32,000 nucleotides of DNA from Paramicrosporidium saccamoebae KSL3 (lineage: Eukaryota; Fungi; Cryptomycota): the NCBI GenBank assembly GCA_002794465.1, contig MTSL01000008.1, forward strand, positions 1 through 32,000, written 5' to 3'. The position numbers and the translations under genes were made by a program. Positions 19,625-28,087 of this stretch are shown here, in pieces. Under the pieces are notes generated by a model, which saw only the letters and a list, made by a program, of their open reading frames with translations, did no database searches and had not been told where the DNA came from. Each line of letters starts with the position of its first letter. Position 1 is the stretch's first letter.

Positions 19625-20140
19625 ATGATCTGTTTCTGTGTCCTCCTGCTGGCGCTGTTTCAGGTAGCAGATTTACTCTCAGCTACCAATGATCTCACAA
19701 CACCCCTCTACCTGCGCGAAGTGTACACTCATGAGATTTTGGATGTAGAGTATAAAATTGGCAACTATTCGGCCTCTATTGCGAGCCCTTACAATGATGC
19801 CACCGCTTTTGTCCATCTCGGCTACAAAAAGCTAACTGCTGGAGTGGAAAATGGCTCCATAGTTTTAGTGCTGCGGGGCAGAGATTTTATCATGGGCGAT
19901 GCTGCAAACTATGCCCTTAATTACTCGCCATCTTCCTTGCAAACAGCCACCATCAGACCCATGCGAGGTGACATTGTGATCCTTCTAGTTCCCATGGTAC
20001 CGATGACGCAGTGCACAGTGGCCAAATTTAAGATTGAGCTGAGAGTCAGTGGTAGCACATCTCTTGCCGACAAGTTACGCGATGCCTTTTACTATTCCTG
20101 CTACTTTAACGTAGCCGGTTCGGCATTCCGAGTACAATGA
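19625..20140 (+). CDS. Hypothetical secreted protein (~171 aa)
   Basis: Hydrophobic start MICFCVLLLALFQVADLLSA; no recognised domain. Confidence 0.6.
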   Translation: MICFCVLLLALFQVADLLSATNDLTTPLYLREVYTHEILDVEYKIGNYSASIASPYNDATAFVHLGYKKLTAGVENGSIVLVLRGRDFIMGDAANYALNYSPSSLQTATIRPMRGDIVILLVPMVPMTQCTVAKFKIELRVSGSTSLADKLRDAFYYSCYFNVAGSAFRVQ

Positions 20141-20259
20141 TATTTGCACAGTAAACAATCCAAATAATGGTGATGGACGTGTGGTTTAGGGAGGGGTCCT
20201 AGGTAGGTAAATGGATGGATGGTTGAATGGGAGTAGGCGGTTGAGCGAGTGTAGAAGAA

Positions 20260-20720
20260 TTGATGAGCGCACCTATCAACCAGCTATCTATGAGTCAACT
20301 ATAATAACTTTTGCTGCAAGCTGTCGCGTAGTGGGGATAATACCACGGATTTTGTCAGGCGGAAAGAGGAGATGGGACGAGAAGAGAATTTCTTCAGTCA
20401 ATCCAACGACCCATTTATAGTCTCACAAATAACATTATCCTCAAATGGTAAAGATCTCATTATTCTTGATCGATTGTTCTGGTTATCCCTTCTCCAAACT
20501 AGAGAACTATTTCCAAAAGACATACTAATCAGTCTTCTACGTCACAAAGCTATCTATGAATCAACTATCAAAAACGTATTTCGCCAATATAAACAGTCTT
20601 TACCACAAACTAGCTACCGGCAACATATTTCACCACCATAAACAGTCTTTAATACAGACGACCCACGAATCAGCCATCAGCAATATAGTTCACCAACTAT
20701 CAACAACCTTTACTGCAGAC
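20260..20720. repeat. Dispersed intergenic repeat family, copy B
   Basis: Core at 20321-20348, CGAGAAGAGAA at 20378, TCTACGTCACA at 20536. Internal repeats GCTATCTATGARTCAACTAT (x2) and AAACAGTCTTTA (x2). Confidence 0.65.
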
Positions 20721-20796
20721 TCAGAATGTGATTACATACGTTTTCAACAAATTAGCTACAATGATTCTTTATTGCAAATCTCGCAATTTAAACAGT

Positions 20797-21891
20797 TTAG
20801 GCCAAGAATGCCTTATCCTCTCCACATTCAGAGAGGGTAATTGTCTTTACAATTCTAGGACGATCTTGTCCCATCACTGGGGACCAGCCAGCATCAAACC
20901 GTTTGGCATCCTTCCGCTGTCCCCATCCTACTAGTTTTACTAATCGGCTCCACGCAGTGTGTATGATCTGGTGGATTATGCCAGTGCAAGTGTACACACC
21001 ACCAATAATGCCCACCAAGTGGATTAAAAACGATACAAAATTGATAGATTCGTGCGTAATGACCAAGGCTAGCGGCTCATGACTGTAATTAAAGAATAGT
21101 CCTGGATCGTCAACCTCACCAGCGCCCAGTTGGCTCTTGAAGCCATTCAGTGCGTATTGATTGGTTTGTATGTTTCGGCCAGCCGTCTTGTAAGAGGTCG
21201 AGATGATGGAGAGAAAGTATGTGAAATGTTCGTGTGGGCGCATGGTCAGCTGATTGATTCCGTTCATAGGATTCTTCATTCCCGGATATGTCGTTCCAAA
21301 TGACAAATGATGCACATAGTGACTAAAGTTGACCGACTCATCCAGTCTGCTGAGCAGTGCGCCGAGTTGGCCCATTGCAACAGTAATAGGGAGTATCATG
21401 AGTCGCCCCCCAGAATTACTGACATCGATGCGTCCTCGTATCCGACATCCGTATATCTCTTCCTCCTCTAAACTCTTGTGCTTCATGACCTGGTCGGCCC
21501 AATCTCCCACTGCTGTGCGCACACTTCCAAAGTTTTCCGGATACGCCTCCAGCTCATCGTTGAGAATCCGTGTACCGCCTGCCTCGTCACTCTGCAGTAC
21601 TACCATCTTTTCGCACTCGGTCGCAATGGAAATGTCAAGCTCCAGGGGAACGCGATAACCTATGGTCGGGTCGACGACATAGTATTGCTGCAGCGGCGGC
21701 AGGAGATAGTGGAACAGCTCCGCACACATCAAAGTTCCCAGCAGTCCTACCGTGAGAATGGTGAACAAGCCTCCACTGCTAGTCCTTTGGAGATATGCAG
21801 TATCCACCTTTGGGAAAGCGTCTAGATTCTTAACCAAGGATCCAACACGCGTATCCTCCATCTTTGACAGCATTTCATCCATAGTTGGCAC
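20797..21891 (-). CDS. ERV41: ER-Golgi vesicle protein Erv41/ERGIC2 family
   Basis: LDAFPKV...RTSSGG + TM, GCRIRG, NFSHYVHHLSFG, TNQY, PGLFFNY..EPL, GIIGGVY TM. Confidence 0.82.
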   Translation of the reverse strand: MPTMDEMLSKMEDTRVGSLVKNLDAFPKVDTAYLQRTSSGGLFTILTVGLLGTLMCAELFHYLLPPLQQYYVVDPTIGYRVPLELDISIATECEKMVVLQSDEAGGTRILNDELEAYPENFGSVRTAVGDWADQVMKHKSLEEEEIYGCRIRGRIDVSNSGGRLMILPITVAMGQLGALLSRLDESVNFSHYVHHLSFGTTYPGMKNPMNGINQLTMRPHEHFTYFLSIISTSYKTAGRNIQTNQYALNGFKSQLGAGEVDDPGLFFNYSHEPLALVITHESINFVSFLIHLVGIIGGVYTCTGIIHQIIHTAWSRLVKLVGWGQRKDAKRFDAGWSPVMGQDRPRIVKTITLSECGEDKAFLA

Positions 21892-21991
21892 TTCTTAAAG
21901 AGCAGCACCAATGGGCCGGGGTAGTCACGGCTAATTGGCCGAGTCCGTACCTATCAAAATGACCAAAACCGTCCCGGCACCAATCAAACAT

Positions 21992-23224
21992 TTAATACTT
22001 TGCGAAAATATGATCTATGAGTTGAGAATAGCCTGCTCTAAGTTCATCTAATTCTTTCGTATCCACAACAGTGGCAGGTTGCTGTGCAGTTGTAGTAGTA
22101 ATCTTTGCCATTGACAGCTCTGGTACTAGCACGGTCCAGGAGGATTGGACACTAGACATTGCCCGCTTAGGTTGTCCCGCAATGAGACGAGCTTTCTGAT
22201 CAAGGGCCGCCTCAAAGCTTGCCTTGTGTACCACTCCAATCCATCTGACGTGTCCATCTGCTGCAAGTCGCCTCATTATTTGTCTTGTGGAAATGTTCCA
22301 AATCAGCACATTTCCCTCTGCATCGCCACTGATCAGACATTCCTCGTCCATTGACAATTCAATAGACACGACTGCAGACTTGTGACCAGCGAGACGAGTA
22401 CGATCAGATCTCTGTGAATACGAAACTGCACTTTGCTCGGCAATTTCCCCAGCATCTGCTGCCAAATCAATGATATAAATATTACCATCCTCACAGGCAG
22501 CAAAGATTAGCGTTTCAGCTGCCGTCATTTTGACTTTGAGTACGGCAGAGGGGAATTCAAAACATGCCAGTAGATGCGCATCGACCAGATCGTATAGACG
22601 CACCTGCCTGTCGCGGCATGCAGTGGCCATCCTACAGTTCCGGTCCACACCAAATCCAAGATGAGTATCCGTCACCATATCCGTATGATCGTCCAAGTTC
22701 CACATTGAGCTCCCCTCTCCAGCCAGAAGGGCAGACCAGGACCACACTTTTACAGTCCCATCCGCACTCGAGGTCACCAAGTACTCTCCATCGCTAGTGA
22801 GTGTGGCCTTGGTAACACGCTGCAAATGAGCACCCTCTAAGAATACAACCATTTCCCCCGAGACTATCTCCCACGCCATCACTTTGCCCTCTTCATTACC
22901 GGCGACCAGGTATGACGAGTCTGGTGATATACACAGCGAACATAACCGGTCCTGTCCAAAGTAGCGATGGACAGGTCGCTCCTTGCCGATCAAATGATAG
23001 TTGAGTGAAGAATTTTTAGTGTTCAGGCAAGACAGGGCCCAGCTGTGGAGCAAAGTGTTGGGCGGATACAACGCCACTGGGTTGGTAGAAGACTCTGCAT
23101 AGAACTCCTTTAGAGGAGTTCCTAAGGATACACCAGTGCTGAGGTCCCAGCGTTGGATGTGGCCAGTGTCAGCAGACTTTGGATCGGCAACTGCGGCCAG
23201 GATGACCTGTCCAATCATTCCCAT
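21992..23224 (-). CDS. IPI3: Rix1-complex WD40 subunit Ipi3/WDR18
   Basis: LCISPDSSYLVAGNEEGKVMAWEIVSG, AHLQRVT, DGEYLVTSSADGTVKVW, HTDMVTD, GHKSAVVSIELSMDEECLISG, plus a C-terminal coiled coil. Confidence 0.75.
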   Translation of the reverse strand: MGMIGQVILAAVADPKSADTGHIQRWDLSTGVSLGTPLKEFYAESSTNPVALYPPNTLLHSWALSCLNTKNSSLNYHLIGKERPVHRYFGQDRLCSLCISPDSSYLVAGNEEGKVMAWEIVSGEMVVFLEGAHLQRVTKATLTSDGEYLVTSSADGTVKVWSWSALLAGEGSSMWNLDDHTDMVTDTHLGFGVDRNCRMATACRDRQVRLYDLVDAHLLACFEFPSAVLKVKMTAAETLIFAACEDGNIYIIDLAADAGEIAEQSAVSYSQRSDRTRLAGHKSAVVSIELSMDEECLISGDAEGNVLIWNISTRQIMRRLAADGHVRWIGVVHKASFEAALDQKARLIAGQPKRAMSSVQSSWTVLVPELSMAKITTTTAQQPATVVDTKELDELRAGYSQLIDHIFAKY

Positions 23225-23387
23225 CCCCGGTTGCGTGGTCGAGGCTCTTGTACAAATCTCCAAACTACAACCTTGACATTTTTAGATGCTCACTAATTAT
23301 TCATGTACAGCTAATATTCATGCATATCATGGCAGCAAATACGAAGCACAACATGTTGTCATATTATTGTGTCTTTACGTTTCAGAT

Positions 23388-23459
23388 GACTCCTTGGCGC
23401 AACGGTAGCGCGTCTGACTCCAGATCAGAAGGTTGAGTGTTCAAATCGCTCAGGGGTCA
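23388..23459 (+). tRNA. tRNA-Trp(CCA)
   Basis: Full cloverleaf: acceptor GACTCCT/AGGGGTC, D stem GCGC/GCGC, anticodon arm TCTGA-CTCCAGA-TCAGA, T loop TTCAAAT. Confidence 0.95.
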
Positions 23460-23463
23460 ATCT

Positions 23464-23468
23464 TTTTG
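23464..23468 (+). terminator. Pol III oligo-T terminator of tRNA-Trp
   Basis: TTTTT 4 nt after the tRNA 3' end. Confidence 0.75.
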
Positions 23469-23703
23469 TTTTTGAGGAAATATGCCATTTGCTCAAGTCA
23501 GTGTGACTTTGAATATACTAATAATAGTAGCAAGTCTCGGTTTGTCTCAAAGACACTTTAAGTTGGCCAAAACATTCACAGACTCTTATTAGACTTAATG
23601 CGTAAAACCTACAAATAATGGAGGGACGTTTTGTTTCAACAATATTCCAAAGTGTCCAAGTTTGTAGACTCGCAGTCATCTTGATATGTAGAGCTTGCAA
23701 CCC

Positions 23704-25097
23704 ATGATGAGTCCTTTTTTGGTTCGGGGATACTCCAAGTTGGCCAAGCGGGGTTTATAAACTCGTGCTCATCTCATCTTAGGACGACTAGTAATATTGG
23801 GAAGCGGATGGGGTGGATTTGAAGTGCTCCGGAACATTGACCGCCGCGCGTACGAAGTGGTTGTTGTATCGCCAAGGTACATTCTCCGCTCTGCTGGACG
23901 CTTGTTAGAAATTACTTTGTCTTTACCCCGCTACTGGCAAGCACTTGTGTGGGGACCTTGGAGTTCCGCTGTGTCACCGAGCCCATCCGCAGAATAGCCC
24001 CAAACATCAAATATCATCAGGCTTTCTGCACTGATGTTGATTTTGAAAACGATCGCCTTACTGCCCACAGTGCTCTTGAACTGGAAGAGCATGCAGCACA
24101 GTTTACGCTCGAGTACGACCGGTTGATTATCGCCAGTGGTGCCACCAGCAACACTTTTGGCATCCCGGGTGTTTCCGAGCATGCATTCTTCCTAAAAGAC
24201 ATTTCCGATGCCCGTAACATTCGCCACAGAGTGTTAGAATGCTTTGAACATGCCATGCAACCCGAGACACCCGACACGGAGAAACGTCGCTTGTTGCATT
24301 TTGCAATTGTTGGTGGTGGTCCCACTGGCGTTGAATTTGCTGCCGAGCTGCACGATTTTGTCAAAGACGACATGGGACGCATTTATCCCTCCCTTTGCGA
24401 TTATGTGAGGATCACCGTCTATGATGTGGGACAGCGCATTCTGGGCAGTTTTGATGAGAAATTGGGAAAATATGCAGCAGACCGCTTTGCAAGGGAAGGA
24501 ATACGAGTAGAAGTTGGGACTGGTGTCTCCAAGGTGGACAAAAAATGGATTGTTCTAACCACGGGAAAGACTGTGCCAGTTGGGATGATTGTCTGGGCCA
24601 CTGGGCTTGCCCCGACCATGTTTAGCAAGAATCTTGCCTGTAAACACGATCAAAGCACAGGTAGACTGGTGACTGATGACAAATTGCGACTATTCAATCC
24701 GGCAGGACAAGTCTTGGAAAATGTATATGCTTTGGGGGATTGCGGCATGATCGATACGATGCAACTTCCTTGTACGGCCCAAGTAGCCAAGCAACAAGCC
24801 CAGTATCTATCCCGTGTCCTAAATGCACACGCCAAAAATCTGAAACCGACATCGGGGGCGGACCGCTTCGTCTTTAATCCACTAGGCACTATGGCATACA
24901 TTGGGGGATGGAAAGCTGTTGCAGACATGAAGATTCCATCAAAAGGCCACCCTGAGCAAAAAGTATCTGGGAGACTCGCATGGTTAGTTTGGAGATCTGC
25001 CTATTTTTCCATGGCCGTGTCGGTGAAAAATAAGATTCTCATCCCAATGTATTGGTTTCTTACCTGGATATTTGGTCGCGACATTAGCAAGATTTAA
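23704..25097 (+). CDS. Type II NADH dehydrogenase (Nde1/Ndi1-like); exons 23704-23752, 23783-23876, 23909-25097
   Basis: Splicing introns of 30 and 32 nt gives [10 protein letters not shown]...[21 protein letters not shown]; also [29 protein letters not shown]. Confidence 0.92.
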
Positions 25098-25501
25098 ACG
25101 GCGTGTAAAGCATGGCAAACTTGTATAATTAGTGAGATGGCGAATACAATGAAATGGCTCGCTGATTGTTGTGTAATAGGGTAGCTACTACAAAATTGGC
25201 CACTGTCATTTGTTTGGGGCGGTAGAGATTACTTAATAATTAGTGAAGCCTTTATAGACCTTTCCACCTACACTTGAAGAACGAATCAGTTATATAGATT
25301 ATGACGTATTGATGGACCAACTGTTCCATCTGATCATTCTCTAAACATGCCTTGTACACGAATCGGTTAATGTTTGCAATAATGGCCCTTTGCCTTGGAC
25401 CCTTGATATGATATTATTGGGCCCTGGTCTTTCTCAAGTCTTGGATCTATACCGGCTATTCGCCTTACATCCATCACACTCCTCCCAAATATACATACAA
25501 G

Positions 25502-26491
25502 ATGGCTCCCATGCTTATGAACAAGAAGCGCAAGGTAACAATTCACTGGTGGAGGACAGTCTCGTGGTTGCTGGCGGGCGTCTGGAGCGATATGCCCTTG
25601 GGAACGCTTAGGGTCCTTGGCACACTCTCCAGGTTGCTATCCATCCATCCTCGGACTGCATTTCCGCCTTGTATATGATGATTCCCATGATTCCTCTCGT
25701 TTGAATGTCTTATTGCAACGGACGCACTGTGAATAACATGGTTGAGACTGATACAAATCCCTCTTCTTTTACTGGTGCTAACCTCGTAGTTTGTCAACGA
25801 CGGTGTTTTCTACGCTGAACTCAACGAACTCCTCACCCGCATGCTCTCTGAGGAGGGTTACTCTGGAGTCGAGGTCCGCGTCACCCCCCAACGCACAGAA
25901 GTTATTATCCGCGCTGCCCGCACCCAAAAGGTCCTCGGAGAGAACGGTCGTCGCATCCGCGAACTTACTGCTGTCGTCCAGAAGCGCTTCAAGTTCCCCG
26001 AAGGCTCCATTGAGCTCTTTGCTGAAAAGATGGAGAACCGCGGACTGAGTGCTATTGCTCAGTGCGAGTCGATGCGCTTCAAGCTGCTCTCCGGACTGCC
26101 CGTCCGTCGTGCCTGCTACGGAGTGCTCCGTTATGTCATGGAGTCTGGAGCCAAGGGTGTAGAGGTCATCATCTCCGGCAAGCTCCGTGGTCAGCGTGCC
26201 AAATCTATGAAGTTTGTTGACGGTTTCATGATCCACGCTGGTCAGCCCGTCCGGGACTACATTGATTACGCTGTCCGCCACGTCCTCCTCCGTCAGGGTG
26301 TCCTGGGCATCAAGGTCAAGATTATGCGCGACTGGGATCCCAAGGGAATCAACGGACCCAAGATGCCCCTTCCTGATGTTGTCACTATTATGGATCCCAA
26401 GGAAGACACTGCCGTCGTTGCTGCCGGTGTTCCCTCCACTGAGGCATTCGGTCAGCGTGCCGCAGCTCCCCAGCCTGAGATTGCTCAGTAA
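25502..26491 (+). CDS. RPS3: 40S ribosomal protein uS3; exons 25502-25534, 25790-26491
   Basis: NKKRK|[59 protein letters not shown]. Intron 25535-25789 (GTAACA...GCTAAC...TAG). Confidence 0.97.
25669..25756 (+). ncRNA. Intronic box C/D snoRNA, family member 1 (RPS3 intron)
   Basis: Box C 25675-25681, box D 25748-25751, terminal stem TTGTA/TACAA; near-identical copy at 26768-26854 on the minus strand. Confidence 0.85.
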
Positions 26492-26767
26492 AGTCCCCAA
26501 ATTCTATAATAAATACGATGAAGGTTTATTAATTCTCTGATGAGAGAGAGAGGGATAGCGTCTAGTTAGTTGTCTGGACTGTTTCTAGATGGATACCAAT
26601 CAATCTATAGACGGGCAAAGAGTCTATTGGCATTAACTACATTTACGAGAATCAGCTGGCTCGATAATAACATACTTTATTACCAAACATATACAAACTC
26701 TCACAACTATAATGGTTAGTACCAAGTTCAAATAATTGAGTGATTGGATGAGTGAAAGAGTTGGGTT

Positions 26768-26854
26768 GATGTCAGTTTTAACCTTGTTATTCACAGTGCG
26801 TCCGTTGCAATAAGACATTCAAACGAGAGGAATCAAAGGGAATCATCATTCATC
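26768..26854 (-). ncRNA. Intronic box C/D snoRNA, family member 2
   Basis: Box C 26849-26843, box D 26775-26772, terminal stem GATG/CATC; 51 nt identical to member 1. Confidence 0.85.
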
Positions 26855-26951
26855 GTTACAACCTTACTCATCGTCTCACTCAACACCATACCTTCATGTG
26901 ATTATATACAGGACAGACAACGCCTAAGGATAAGAACAGTTCAATACGCAG

Positions 26952-27056
26952 GCAGTCGAGTCATCAGTTTAACCATAGTATTCGCAATGTATCGGGTAAT
27001 GACACCTAGAACAAGAGGTGTCAGAAATCTTTGGGAATCATCATCTGGTCGACTGC
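26952..27056 (-). ncRNA. Intronic box C/D snoRNA, family member 3
   Basis: Box C 27044-27038, D' CTGA 27024-27021, box D 26967-26964, outer stem GCAGTCGA/TCGACTGC, internal stem TGACACCT/AGGTGTCA. Confidence 0.78.
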
Positions 27057-27155
27057 ATGCTGGGTACATTACCTTGGTTTCAATGGATGCACTAGGACCA
27101 TCCGGGTCAATGTTCGCTGTGGTCGCTATTTCACCAGGGTCACCTATTTAATGGA

Positions 27156-27162
27156 TTTTATA
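27156..27162 (-). promoter_or_regulatory. TATA box of the snoRNA host gene
   Basis: TATAAAA about 85 nt upstream of the first donor. Confidence 0.5.
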
Positions 27163-27350
27163 AACAGGCTATTGTGGGAGTGCAATTTCCACAGAGCCCC
27201 CGACTCGTAGTTACACTATACTACGCATTATAATATACTAGATTACTTTACATTACATTACATTACATACCATACTTTCATTTTTATCATGTCCTGATAG
27301 AATATGTTACGCTATGGCATACTTGGTATACGTTGGAGATGGCTTACAAA

Positions 27351-27959
27351 TTAAACAACGCGTCTCACCTCAAAGAAGCGCTTCAGCGAATTGATCTGGA
27401 AGTAACAGACGGCGCCCAGCATGACAATCTGAATAAAGAACCACCACATGACACGGGAATTAGTGTTCAGAGCGACTACATAATGAGTGGATAACGGAAA
27501 ATCACCTTCACGATGCTTCGTCTCACGTTCCATGAGGAAGGCGTGTTCGTCACGGACCATACGAAGACCGTCGTTGAGTTCGCGCAGTTCGTTCTGAACG
27601 GGATCAAGCTTTGTTGCCGATTCTGCAGAGCTGCCGAGGATGCTGAAGGATGGCTTTTTGGGCGGTGTTCCAACCGGGTCCATATTCCTAAACTTGAATG
27701 AATGCACTCCCGCAGTCTTGGCTGTGAGCGCATAAGAGCCATATGTCTCTGCTGGTCCTTCGAAAATGACACCCTCCGGACTACTAAGACGGAAGCCAAT
27801 GGTGCCGTCGACATTTTGGAATTGAACGCCCCAGTTGGAGCCCTTGGCAAGGTCATCAAAGAATTCAATCTCCTTGCCGGGACGCAACTCGACAGTTTCG
27901 CACTGGACAAAGGCGACTAGTGCCGTTACCAAGACGATGAATGCGTCCAAGGCCAACAT
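27351..27959 (-). CDS. TMED2: p24-beta cargo receptor; exons 27959-27506, 27475-27351
   Basis: Signal peptide, GOLD domain, coiled coil, NTNSRVMWW, TM, tail LKRFFEVRRVV*. A 30-nt in-frame intron is predicted at 27505-27476. Confidence 0.9.
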   Translation of the reverse strand: MLALDAFIVLVTALVAFVQCETVELRPGKEIEFFDDLAKGSNWGVQFQNVDGTIGFRLSSPEGVIFEGPAETYGSYALTAKTAGVHSFKFRNMDPVGTPPKKPSFSILGSSAESATKLDPVQNELRELNDGLRMVRDEHAFLMERETKHREGDFPLSTHYVVALNTNSRVMWWFFIQIVMLGAVCYFQINSLKRFFEVRRVV

Positions 27960-28087
27960 TTCCACGGTAAAGTTATAAAATTAGTTTCGTGTTATCATTT
28001 ACGCATTCCGACCAAACATTTTAGTTCAATATGTCCACCGTCCACTGTTGCGCTGTATGTTTCGGGAGCTTTCAGTATTCCTAACTT

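Larger units (their letters stand above)
26540..27130 (-). ncRNA. Spliced non-coding snoRNA host gene (4 exons; ends approximate)
   Basis: TATAAAA 27162-27156. Introns 27072-26924, 26891-26707 and 26675-26637 have GT-AG ends. Internal exons are 32 and 31 nt; the first ATG gives only 16 aa. Confidence 0.72.

Noticed and set aside
18173-20348. TPP riboswitch suggested by GGATAATACC (also near 1960 on the minus strand)
   Set aside because: No CTGAGA motif or P2-P4 architecture, and not in a thiamine gene.
20211-20934. Short ORFs of 68-94 aa in the repeat-B spacer
   Set aside because: They overlap the low-complexity repeat family, several use non-ATG starts, and none has a domain.
25265-25330. 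C/D-like element on the minus strand (ATGATCA...CTGA)
   Set aside because: Imperfect box C, only ~3-bp stem, very short, no intron context and no guide recognised.
25580-25640. H/ACA snoRNA, SRP or RNase P/MRP identity for the RPS3-intron hairpin
   Set aside because: No ANANNA/ACA boxes, no SRP helix-8 motif and no P/MRP conserved regions seen; kept only as an unexplained structure.
25778-26500. 240-aa ORF antisense to RPS3, and the many similar antisense ORFs inside CHD1, PP2A-A, ARP5 and catalase
   Set aside because: Expected by-product of codon bias in conserved genes; no motifs.
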